Below, piece by piece: positions 12,309 through 24,386 of a DNA stretch of 64,000 bases. Origin of the DNA: Chlorokybus atmophyticus (taxonomy: Eukaryota; Plantae; Mesostigma and Chlorokybus algae); assembly GCA_009103225.1 (NCBI GenBank), contig RHPI01002069.1, forward strand, positions 134,739 to 198,738, in the 5' to 3' direction. The notes below the pieces were generated by a model. It saw only the letters and a list, made by a program, of their open reading frames with translations, made no database searches and was not told the origin of the DNA. The translations under genes and the position numbers were made by a program. Positions within the stretch are counted from its first letter, which is position 1. Each line of letters opens with the position of its first letter.

Positions 12309-14723
12309 CTAGAGCGGGTACGCCTGCCGTCTCAGCGCGCTCGGCATGGCCCACGCGGCGGCGGACTTGGGGCCGGGTGCACTGAGGGGCTTCTGCACAG
12401 GGAGAATGTTGTTGTGATTCAGACGTTGAACATGTTGGCAAGGCCAGGGTAAGGTGGTGAGGCGTTTTGCTGCAAGAGTGTCTGTTTGCCTTACCTTCTT
12501 GATCTCAGGGAGACCCCTGGCTGCGGGAGCAGAGGTCACGCGGCGTTGGGGGACTATCGCCGGGAGCGCCACACCCAGCTGCACGCAGTGACAGTTATTA
12601 TCGGCACAAGTTTCAGTTGTGGGTATTATATGCTCCTGTTGAAGTTGCGTGTGCATACACACGCACACACAAGTGCACACGCACACGCATGCCAGCGCAC
12701 ATGCGCACGCACCTCAGGGTGCATGGCGCTGAACTTCTCGTGCATGGCGTGGGTGAGTGGGTCCTCTGCCGGCGCGGCAGGGACCTGGTGACCGTAGCCG
12801 CCACCCCTCCAAACCACCTTCTGGGTATGCTGGCACACACAGAGTAACCCACATCAACACCCTGACCGGAGAAGGGACACACACACACACACACACACGT
12901 GCGCACACACAGAGATATGCACGCTCTGCAAATGTATATGCGTGCATGCGTGCATGCGTGTGTGCATACATGGGCATACATGGGCGAGGGTGTACATGTG
13001 CGCACACATGCATGCACACACACACGCACACAGATACACACCCTCTTCACACGTACGTGAATACGTGTGCGCGTGTGCACGCCCACCTATTCACGCAAAG
13101 ACAAACACACCCATCCACCACTCACCCTCTTCGCCACCGCCGCCGCCGCCCTCCAGTGCCTCATCGCCCGTCTCATCGCCGCCGACTCCGCCTGCGCCTT
13201 GCCCCTCCTCTCTTCAGCGTGTCGCCGGTACCACCTCTGCACGACCGCCGCGGCGTCCTCCCGCCTCCTCTTCTCAACGTCGTCGTGGTGGTCCAGAGCG
13301 CCGCCGTACACGTAGCGGTAGAGGTCCTGCTCTTTGGCTAGCAAGGCGGCCTGGCGGAGACGCTCGCGCTCGTCCAACTCAGCGGCCTAGAGGAGGAGAA
13401 CGAGAACAGTATGTTGGGTGTTGCTCTCGCCCTTGGTGATGTGATGGCATGGCAACAACATGGCAGTGACATGGTGATGAGGGGTGGGTTGTGGCGTACT
13501 GTTGGGGAGTCGCTTGGGACTGGGTTGCAGCCGATGCCGTCGAAGAGGCCCTCCATCCAGACGTTGTAACGGCCCTACAAAGACAAGCATGAGGTGCGCG
13601 TGACTGCTGGTTGGTATTGTTGCTGTTGATGGTATTGGGAGGATGTGTCATTGACGGTGTGGCTCACCTGAGCAGCCTTGCCTTCAACCCCCTTCTTCTT
13701 CATCAAGCTACCAGGCGACTGCAACGAGAGACAAACACAAGTCTGTGATGGCAAAGCACACATACACACACACGTACATATACACCCACACCCACACCCG
13801 CACCCACACCCACACTCTGTCTCACCAGCGGTGTGCTTGGTCCCGATGATGCCGCCAACGGGTCCCTCAGCGCCCTCCTCAGTCTCGACGCCGCCCGCGG
13901 GGTCCCTCGTTGCCCCGTGCGAGCGTGGCCGAACGCGTCGGTCGCGTGGCCGAGGGAGGAGGAGGAGTTGAAGGGGGACTTGGGGGAGGCGCAGATGGGA
14001 CAGCCGCGGCAGTTGAGGTGCTGGTGAGACAGGGAGGACTTCTTGGGGGATCTGCAGGACACACAAGAAGCAGCGCGAGTTGTGTTGAGTTGAGCACATC
14101 GTTTGGAATTGGTTCCACACGTCTCGGGATTGGTCGAGTACATGTACACGCACCAACGTGTGTGGGGTGTTGAGTGTGTTTTTGTGTGTGCTCGCGCGCA
14201 CACACACACCCACACCCACACCCACACCCACCCACCGAACCAACTTGCAAGCCCACCCTCACCTCATGATGGCCCCCGCCCCCAGTCCCGACATGACCCT
14301 CGCTCCCCCCGTCGCTCCCGCGACTCCCCGCCCCTTGTCGGCGACGAGCTGCCGCGCGGATCGCGGGGAGGCCGGCCGGGGGGAGGAGGAGGAGGAGGAG
14401 GAGGACAGCGACGACGAGCGGCTGAGAGAGGCGCGGGGGGAGGATTGGGCAGGGGTGAGNGTGGTGTTGGCTACAAGGGAGAATGGATGCGGCAGCAGTT
14501 GTGGTGTTTGTGTGTATGTTGTACTCAGATGTGGCGTTGCGTCCGGGGTGGCTGACTGTGATTGGCTGTTCTAATGCGATGCGATGTGCGTGCGTGTGTC
14601 CGTTGCTTCAAGGTACAATGATGTGTTGGTGTTTGCCAACAGTCAATGGCCTACTCTCGTTGGCATCCTCACCTTGAGCTCTGTCCTGAGCGGCCGCAGC
14701 CGCATCTGCAGCGCTGCCTCCAT
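12309..14723 (-). CDS. Hypothetical low-complexity protein with a helical IQ-like segment (about 8-9 exons; start uncertain)
   Basis: A chain of GT-AG-bounded, phase-compatible GC-rich exons (SPKKSSLSHQHLNCRGCPIC; GRYNVWMEGLFDG; AAAVVQRWYRRH; ...QAYPL*). The phase of the first exon is unresolved. Confidence 0.55.
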
Positions 14724-14748
14724 AGCTCCCGGACCCCTCCGAGGCAAA

Positions 14749-14751
<3 letters not shown>

Positions 14752-14790
<39 letters not shown>
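14752..14790. repeat. (CT)n microsatellite
   Basis: Directly visible. Confidence 0.98.
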
Positions 14791-14795
<5 letters not shown>

Positions 14796-15171
14796 CTCGG
14801 AGATTTTCCCCTCCCTATACGCTCGCCCTCACCAACTACGTCTCTCCTTCCGCCTCTGCCACTGCCGCCTGCGAGGACTTGTGCTTTGTGCGAGATATGG
14901 TCGCGAGAATCAAGCGAGCATTGTGGATCAAGGGCGTTTTTTTTCCTCTCCCGGTCAGAGCGCACGTGACTGGCCCCGCGCGAGCGTGTGTGCGACTCAC
15001 TCGTGGTGTCCAGGTCGGAGGAGTCATCACGTCAGTAGCAGTAGCAGCTCGGATTAATTGATGAGTCATCAACGATGACCGCCCCGGGACAAAAGCCTCA
15101 ATGTGTTTGAGGTCCCAACTGATCTTGTCCCGTGTTGTTGTCGTTTTACATGAGTTCTTGAACTTCAAAGG

Positions 15172-15189
15172 NNNNNNNNNNNNNNNNNN
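15172..15189. other. Assembly gap (18 N)
   Basis: Run of N. Confidence 0.99.
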
Positions 15190-16810
15190 GGGGGCAAATC
15201 TCAGTAAGGGGCTTGTGGTTGCGCTAGAGACAATAAAGGTTGCACTCAACCAACGCACACTACACGGATCGATAAGTTGCACACAGCAACCATCATATAC
15301 TATTATTATGCTTTTGTGAGCGATTTACATTATATATATGTGATGGCTAGGAGGTAATCATAATGTGTTATATCCGCTTGTGTTCTTAGCCACTTTGTCC
15401 CATTCGCATGCTATTGTTATTCTGCATTACGTTACTACTATACGCTGTGCGGATTGTGATGTACAGTTCAATGTATAAATGTTTACTCATTGGTATACAT
15501 TCGTATATAATATATATTCTGATGTTGCCATTCCATAAGATTAATATGATATTGTAATGCACTCTCAACATTATGATGTTAACCATTGTGTCAACATCGC
15601 AAATTGATTGCAGTAGCACCCGTTGTGCTACCGTGCATCGTCTTCTCGACGCACCTATTTATATATATAATATATAATAATGCAACGTCAACGAACGTAT
15701 ACAACAACTCATTATACGTCATCAAATGACCAAATCATGTCATAACTCGTACTATTTACCTATGGTGTGCAAATTCATATGGTAAGGAGTAGGCGGGAGC
15801 ATCACCAATTACAAACCCTGCTTTCACTTATGTGTTGTTCTGTCAAAATTCCGCATCTTATAAAAAGGGTATTCACAATACGAGACAGATTTTGCTTGTA
15901 GCATTACACTCACCCAGACACAAGCTCGACTTAGCATAAATGTGGCTGATGTTCTCGCATTTGTGCAAGTTTGTTGCATGTTTCTGGGAGGTCTGCACAA
16001 TGGATTGAAGAAGAAGCACGAGCATAAAAGCTGGTCGACTTTGATCAAGCGCTCGACGTGATAACTTCATCAACATATGTTTTCACACTCGCTACGTGTA
16101 CTTGGTAGGCAGCTACGCATGCTAGCATAGCGGTGCATGTGCAGTTCGTTGTCTCATGCTTGTGCATGACATGGCAATTCATCATCACTGTCCACAATCA
16201 CAGCATGCAACCATCAACACCATCTTTATCACCGCCAGGCTATGTGCTACGTCTACCTCGGCTCTATCATAACATGCATGACCCCCCGCAATGTCACAAT
16301 CATAATGCCTGCCCACATGGCCGTACACAAATTAGTTGTGGTCGTCCAACATGGCAGCAGCGGTGCAAGCAATGACCAGCATGACTCCCTCCTCCTCCTC
16401 CACTCTCTCCCTCTCCCACTTCTCCTTCACGTCTCCAACTCTCCAGCGCTCAGGCGGCGTAACCCTTGCAATGTCACCGAGGGCCCCTCCGCCCTGCCCC
16501 TCTGCCCTGCCTCCCTCCCCTCCCGCATGCACTGTCATGTCCGACAGAAGTGGGTGCTGTGCTGCATCAGCGTCATTGCTGGCAGTTGGGTGTTGCCGGT
16601 GGGGTTGGGTGGTGGGGTTGGTGTATAGGGTATGTGAAGTGCTGTGTGAGACACACGCATACATATGCCACATGCACACCAACACTCACATGCACACTAC
16701 CAATTCAGTTTATCAAGTTGTACACCATCACTACCGGGCTAACCACTATCACTATGACACTACCGCCCGTCCCCGTTAGCCATGCATGCATGTTGACATG
16801 GTCTTACCTG

Positions 16811-17178
16811 CCCACAGGGCCGTTGTGTGGCTTGCTTGCATATTATAGTACACAAAATGTAATGTACAAATTTTTGATGTTTACTGCTATCAACTTGCAA
16901 TCTGATGCTATCAAGCTCTTATCATTGTCACGTGTATGGTGCTGCCACCCATCCACCCAACCAGGTAGCCAGCTGCAAACGAGATGAAGACAACCATATA
17001 CAACTAGCCAACCATTTTTTAAGGAACGCTTCCAACCAATTAGCACATATGCCGCAGAATCTATCATCAAGTTGACACGCGTCAGGTTTGTGTCCATGTG
17101 CCGGCAATAGATTTGTTTGCACTGCAGTGGGCCCTGTGGGCGTGGCTCTTATGGAGAGAGCAATCACGGCCCTGTGGG
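16811..17178. mobile_element. MITE-like candidate with 13-bp terminal inverted repeats
   Basis: cccacagggccgt (16811-16823) and acggccctgtggg (17166-17178), with an AT-rich interior. No TSD found. Confidence 0.35.
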
Positions 17179-17556
17179 CGCAGCTCCGGGTTGGCCACCA
17201 CCACAAACTGTCCCCATGACTACCCTAACTAATGTGGCGGTGGTCTTGGCACAAGGCCTTCGCAGCTGATGCATGCTAGCATGCATACTTGAATTGTTGT
17301 AATGCAAGGCAATTGCTGTTGTTTTGATCTCTAACCTAGCAAAAAAGGGCTTGTGTTGCTAGATTAGTGCCCTGGCTTTGACACCGGGACCTTGTGCACG
17401 TTTGTCATGGAGAGCGACACGCACTCATGCACCCCAAGCAAGTGCCTACAAGTTCGCACCACGCTAGCAAAACAGCCAGCATGTCAGAATTGTACCACCA
17501 GCACAACAGCCGGCAGACAACTGCTCTGTACAATGCAATATGCGCACAAGCATGGT

Positions 17557-20500
17557 TCATGTCCTTGAGCTGTTCTGCTCTCGTTCAATAAGCCTCTGGC
17601 CAACAGACATGATAATGGGGTAGATTGGTGCAAACTGCGGTTCCCCGCGGGACTTGATGAGTTGAGCATACGCATCCAGTGAGGCCTTCACACCTCGCCA
17701 GACATCCTCTTCAGAGTGCTGATCAAGCCAGAGGGAATACTGCGCTGCCGTCAACCCGGCCCGTCTGTGCGGTGACTGAAGTTCATCGGGTCCACGTGTG
17801 AACAGGTGATGAAGCACCGCGCTTGCCGGCAGCTCCTGCAAAAGGGGACTGGACTCTAGTTGGTGCGTCTCGAGAAATATGAGCGGCCGGAATGCGCGCA
17901 AAGCGCGATACGGTGCGCCCAGTTTCTCCACAGGATAGATGTTTTGCGCCACCACAAGCTCTAACTCAGCAGTGTCACGCGCAAGCCGCAACTTGCCAGC
18001 TTCTGACAAAGGTCTTATCAGAGAAGCGTGACGAACGAAAAACAGCAGCAGCCTGGTTGCCATCTGGCGCAGCAGCGTGTCGTACAGTACTGAAGTTGGT
18101 TGTGAAGCACTTGAAAGGTGAGAGAGGAACTCCTTCCGAAAATGCAACACAGCCCTGAAGATGTGCACACATTTGTTTGTCGCGATATACGTACTCGAGC
18201 ATAGGAGCACGGCCACAGCGACACAGACAAGCAGTGCATGTTGGCTGGATAACTCACCTTTGCAGCTCTTCCATGTAAGGTGATACACTTGTGGCGTAGT
18301 CAACATCAGCGTACTGCTGTTGTGACCCACTAAACCGCTCCTCATGCAGCTGAAGAAGGCAATTCTCAAGACGTTCGATCATCGCCCGGAAAAGCGGTGT
18401 GACTGCATCCTCTGCAATGGAGTAGATGTTCTCCAGAGCTACAGACAAAGCATCTGCTGCTTGTTCTGGAAGACGGGCTGCGAGCTCGGATGCGCTTATG
18501 TACACTTCCTGCAAGGCATGACTGTCAGTGGGCGCTAAAAGTCGAACACCATGTGGTTTACCACTTTGCGTACCTGCATGTGATTGCACAAAGCAATGTT
18601 CCTCTGTTGCGATGCAGAAATAGCAGCTGAGACCTGCCTTGACTCTGGTCCTGTAGCAATCTGCATGCATACGTACCACTCAGTGCTACGGCTGCTGATA
18701 GTACTTTCAAGGGCGGTAGACAAGACAGAGCCAAGAGAGACTGCGCTCACACCTGATACTCAGCTTTCTGAGCTGTGTTGAAGAGGGCTTTACTGATGCC
18801 TTGCACGACGAGGACGGTCAATGCTGGCTCAGCTATAACAGCATCGACTTCTTCGTGCATGCGATTTAGAAACTTCCTCAGCAGCTCAGGAGACACAACG
18901 CCGCGAGAGCCGCCAGGAAACATAGCATGCACAATGTCCATCAACCGCGACAGTGACTGTGTCAAGTACGCTGTTTGGTATGGCACAGTCGCGCGCGCAA
19001 GTGCATCCCGATCTTCAGGTCGCACGCCTGGCGGTACGCCCTTGACATCCGTGTCTGCACAAGCGAAGCATAACAGCCGATAAGCACGCCCAAATTCTAT
19101 CACCTTGGCAACAAACAGCGCCATGATGTGTAATCAGCACAAATTGCGCCACCACCATGCCTTTAACAGTGCCAGTCTCCTGCATGCTTACCCCTTTGAA
19201 TCTTTGAAAACATGGCGTGCAGCAGCGCCACAAGCTTTGGGTAGGAGTTTACAAAAGTCTCCCGAATCATGGAAGACTCGTTGAAGGCACGGGACAGCTG
19301 CCGTGACAGCATGTCGACAATGGTGCGCCAGAAGGTTTCAGTCAGCAAAGGTTCACCGGGCTTGACAACTTCATCCAAGAAGCAGATATGCGTGATGGGA
19401 TCTCGCTTCTTAGCCAAAACTCTTTGCAAATGCCAGACAGCAACAACCGCGCCGTGGAGCTTCTCTGTGCATGCAGTAAACCTTTGCCATAATGTATCCT
19501 GCCATTTGCCTGAGGCTCCAAACGCTGGTGCTCCCACCTATGGGCATAAGCGCGATAAGCTATGTGGGTGCAAAAGACAGCAAAAAACAACACCATTCCA
19601 TCAACACTTACAGCGCGGACACCTCCTGGTCCCACACTGCCAAGGGAAGTCGTTGAGGACAATGCATTGGCATCAAGCGCTGCATGTACCGCTTTGCCAG
19701 ACTGGGAACTGTACCGACTGACAGTACTGGTCACAGCTGTGTTGAGCTCGCCTAGATTGTAGTAAACCTACCACATGAGTGTTAAAGCAATGTGTGAGTA
19801 ATGTCTGTGGAGACGGACTGCCAGAAGGGCCGCAAGTGTTATACTACACCATGCGCATACCTGTAGCACTGTTCCAACCTCGGCCTGGTTTAAGGATTCC
19901 ATCCCATTGCGAAACAACTCGTCCGCCTGTTGCCTGACCTGCAAACAGCAAAGGTTAACAATGCCAGTGTATATGCAGCAAGCCATGCTTTGACACAGTA
20001 CCTGGCGGCCAGCATCAGCAAGCCAAGCGGACTCCGCCTCCACAACTTCCACTCCAGAAAGATCCGCCTCACCATGTATGGCGTTGGCGTCGTGCAGGAG
20101 TTGGGCGGCCTTGGCTAGATCTGTTGTGCGCTGCTCCACACCGTCACCCAACAGGTCCCGCAGCCTTTGGGACAGACGTAACAAGCGAATGACATGGCGC
20201 AACAGTTCAACCGTTTTGTGCAACGCTGCCAGCTGTGCCGTCTTGGCCTTGATCTGGCGATACGGCTCTGTGATGTCTGACCTCACCCGCATGATCGCTG
20301 CCTGTAAGCATTCGTGCTGTTGATGCTCTGGATGTGGTGTCGATCACGCTGTGCATGCTGAAAATAAAGGCTACCACAAACCGGCACTTGCTTTAAGAGA
20401 CCTGAATAGAGGCCACTCCATTGCGCACCACTCCCAGCGCATTTTCCGTGTCTTTCAAGCTTGTCACCTGCACATGCCAGACTCATTGCCTGCACACTCA

Positions 20501-21360
20501 TTTACTTAAAACAACCGTATTGTTGGCCAAATAACATTTTTAACACCAACACTGTCATCAGACCCTAAGTTCAGACGCCTGCCGTGTCAACTTGTTCGTT
20601 GCATTGGCCGCTTAGTACTCATGCACTTCAACGCATTACAACCTTCCAATTGCTGCTTCCACCATACAGCTTGCATGCTCGTGCAGAGCAAGAATGCTAT
20701 TTCTGGCGCTCAGGTACAACTATATGACAATGCCCTGCTACGAGCACTGCATAGCACAAGATGATGTCTCGCTGCAATGGTGCTTGATGACATATGACGT
20801 TGCAGACAACGACGCGCTATATACCAGAAATGCGTTGCATTAGCACTGTATTCACTTTGAATGCATTCCAAGGTGCATGCATGCACTGCAGCAATGCAAC
20901 GCTTTAGGAATATGATAACGTAGTGCTGCAGTATGCATAGCTCTTTTCTCAAACAACCTGTATGCACATGGTACAAACCCACCTGTTGTAGCAGGTCTCC
21001 ATGGCGTTGGACAACCTCTGTCCTGAGCTCCGTCTCCAGCAACGCAATGCCCTCAGCGAGCTTGGCGGCGGCGGAGGCGGCGTGGCCTCCTGCAAGGGCG
21101 GCGCTTGCAAACTTCGTGGCGTCAAACTGCTCCTCCAGGAAGCCTCGCAGCATGGGGTCATCTCTCAGCATCTCCAGGGGGGACGGGCCAGCAGGTTTCG
21201 CCAACGCCACCGCCGCGGAAGCCGACCCGGAGGGTGAGGCCCCTCCTGCAGCACCTCCAGCAGCGTCAGCCCCTGGCGCAATGCCGCCTGCTGCATCGCT
21301 CCCGGGCTTACCGCTCCCCAACCCCAAGCTCCCTGTCCTCACCAATGCCACAGCCGGCAT
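17557..21360 (-). CDS. COG5: Conserved oligomeric Golgi complex subunit 5 (about 11 exons)
   Basis: FLEEQFDATKFAS..LAEGIALLETELRTEVV; VLAKKRDPITHICFLDEV; IRPLSEAGKLRLARDTAELE..LGAPYRALRAFRPLIF. All introns read are GT-AG. Confidence 0.95.
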
Positions 21361-21442
21361 GACCACATACCCCGCCAACCCCCGCCGCCGCTGCCGCCAA
21401 TGCCACCAACCAGCTTGCCGATGACTAAACTACACCATACAA

Positions 21443-21507
21443 CTAAACCTTGACGCGTAAACCTTGAGCCCTAAACCCTACGAGCTAAACCCTAAGCCTA
21501 AGCCCTG
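21443..21507. promoter_or_regulatory. Degenerate plant telomeric-repeat (telo-box) tract in the COG5/COX10 divergent promoter
   Basis: CTAAACCCTA at 21471-21480 and CTAAACCCTAA at 21485-21495, plus TAAACCTTG variants. Confidence 0.7.
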
Positions 21508-21612
21508 GTAAGGCTGTGGCTGCGGCGGCGGCGGCGATGACGGGGCGGGCGGTGGCCGGGTTGTAGCTGTGGCCATCCTTATTGAGGAGGTTATTTACTG
21601 GAGCTTGGAGCG

Positions 21613-23384
21613 ATGTGGCGGTCTGCGGCCGCCCGGCGATTGAGCTCCGCGGCGGCAGGGGTGTCCGGCAGAAGCGGCTTGGGGTCGTTGCTGGGAGTGG
21701 TGGGCACTTCCTCAGTCAGGGTTGCGAGCACCGCTGCTGCTTCTGCTGAGGCTGCTTCTGTTGCGTCGCACACGCTCAAAACTGCCGCCTCCACCAGTGC
21801 TGCCAGCGGGACGCACCTCGCCAGTTACTGGGGCCGCTGTTATTATGAGCTGTCAAAAGCGAGGTTAAGGTACGCTCAACCCAAGATTAAGTTCAAGTGC
21901 ACTTTGAACATGCTTACTTTGAGTAGCCCTAAGCAGCACGCATTGGCTTTCTCATCCAATACCGCCCCGGTGTATGTTGTCGTTGGTCTGCAATGCCGGA
22001 GCGCTCGCTATGCATGCAAGCTTTTGCACTGTTGGCTGGTACTCATTTGCATTTCGCAGTGCACTTGTCGTGGCGACTGCTGGCACCGGGTATGTGCTGG
22101 GAAGCGGGGAGGTGATTGACTGGGGTGGGTTTGCACATGCTTGTGCTGGGACAATGGGTGCTGCTGCTTGCGCCAACACAATCAATCAGGTGTGCACTGT
22201 TTCAGGGCTATATGATATCGAGCATGTTGCACACTGTGACCGTTGTCTGCATGCACTGCTGCTCTCGTTGTTAAGTGGCAACGCGAGATGGCCATCTTAT
22301 TCTTGTCATCTTCAGGTAATTGAGCAGGGCAAAGACGCCTTGATGAAACGCACAAGGAGGCGACCATTGCCATCCGGCCGCATGGGCACGACGCATGCCT
22401 TGGCTTTTGCGGCGCTTGCTGGGACTGCTGGTGTTGGCCTGCTCGCCTGGAAGGTATGTGCGCCATGCGTGCGTGCGTGCATGCGATGTGGAAGTTGTGC
22501 TCAAGCTTCTGCAACCTGCTTGTGAAGCACAGTGCATGAACCAACCACTGCTTGTCGTGGCGCTTGTAGACGAACTGGCTGGCAGCCAGCTTGGCGACAG
22601 GAAACATCGGGCTGTACACTCTTGTCTATACTCCCTTGAAAGCAATACATTACAGCAACACATGGGTTGGTGCTGTTGTGGGGGCCATTCCTCCGCTGAT
22701 TGGGTGAGCGTCCATACATACTCTTTAAAACTTGCTGCCGTATGTGTGCTGATGCGGTGCACTTATGCTCATTCCAGGTGGGCGGCCGCAAGTGGCAACC
22801 TGGATGCAGGCTCTGCAATCTTGGCCTCCGCATTGTACTTCTGGCAGCTACCGCACTTCATGGCGCTGAACTGGCTCTGCAGGGTTGATTACGCTGCTGG
22901 AGGCTACAGGATGCTCTCTCTCCTAGACACCACTGGCAGGCGAATAGCGGCGGTCGCCTTCCGCAACTGCATATACCTCATACCTCTAGGGTTCTTGGCC
23001 ACATATCTGGGCGTGACTTCAGAGTGGTTCGCGTATGAGAATGCGCTCCTCTCAGGCGCATTTGCCCTATCCGCATCTGCTTTCTACCAGCGACCCACCA
23101 CAACCGCAGCGCGAATGATGTTCAGGGGAAGCCTACTTCACTTGCCTGCATTGATGGCGTGCATGCTGGTGCATAGGAAGCCGCAATTTGCAAGCAACAC
23201 CGCCGCGCAGCCCCAAACACAAGAGTTGTTGCAAGACAACAGTAGTACTGCGGCTGCCAAAGCCTCGCAGTCCTTTGCAATCAGGGATCTTGTAGAAGCG
23301 GGGCCTGTTCATGCGCCCATTGCATACTTCTCTGCTGCCCCATTCCCATTCTTGCCCGTGCCGCAGTTCGCTGAACGCGTGTAA
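21613..23384 (+). CDS. COX10: Protoheme IX farnesyltransferase (heme O synthase), mitochondrial (5 exons)
   Basis: [10 protein letters not shown]; [28 protein letters not shown]; [35 protein letters not shown]; WQLPHFMAL; plant-type C-terminal [11 protein letters not shown]. Confidence 0.96.
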
Positions 23385-24386
23385 AGTAGGTTGTTGAAGT
23401 ATCTTGCTATGTTCCAGCAGGGCAGGAATTTTGGTGGGTGTATTTGCAATGCAATGCGGCGGTATGCTGCAGCTGGATTGCCGCCCGCTGCTGGTTCAGT
23501 GCTGCATTTGTACACAAGATATGACATAGCAAGACTCTTGAACTGACTGTGAAAGCGCTGACACACTCAGTGAAACAAACAAGCAAGGAAGCATAGCTTA
23601 TCAGGATAAACACCTGAGGCACTCCTGATGTTGGTGCTCGCGTACATGTCAGTCTTGCCCACGCACTGTATCAAAAAATACACGGGTGGCAAGGTGCAGA
23701 CATGCTGGTTTCTTGACACAGAACATGTGCAGCACAGCCTGATGTAGCAACGTGGTACAGCAATCTCCGACGAACACGCGCGTGTGCCCTAGCCCTAGCA
23801 GGATCTGCTGTCCCTGACCCACCGACCTCCCCATTATCGTGCGGCCCTGGTTTCAAGGCAACAGTTCCACATGCGGGGTACATTCTTCCAACCTGGAGGT
23901 AGGCATGCTTCTTTACACAAATGCAGACACGCTAATGCCCCTGCAATAGAGAGTTGAGAAATCTGGAGCCCCTTGCACTCCTGTAACAACGGCTGCTGTC
24001 TGTTGTGGTTAAATGTTTGTTGCTGTGGTCTATGCCGCTTGCACTATGCATGGGCAATAAGTCGCATTGCTTGTACAGTGATCAGTCAGCGCAGCAGCCT
24101 AGCATCGGCTGTTGCTGCGCCAGGCTATCGTCCCAGCCAATGCGCAACACGCACATCTCAGCATGCCAGGCAGCATGCCAGGCAGCAGGAAAACGATCCG
24201 GTGTGATCCGAAAACCAGTTTACTGTATGGGAGCTATGCCAAAACCTGTTTATATCATAATCTATACAATCGAATGGGGCGGTGCTGCAATGCATCACCG
24301 ACTAATGCCAGTGCATGCTCGATGCTGACTCCTGCTCATGACATGTACAACGGTGCATTATTCTTAAAGCAAAAATCGGAAATCAA

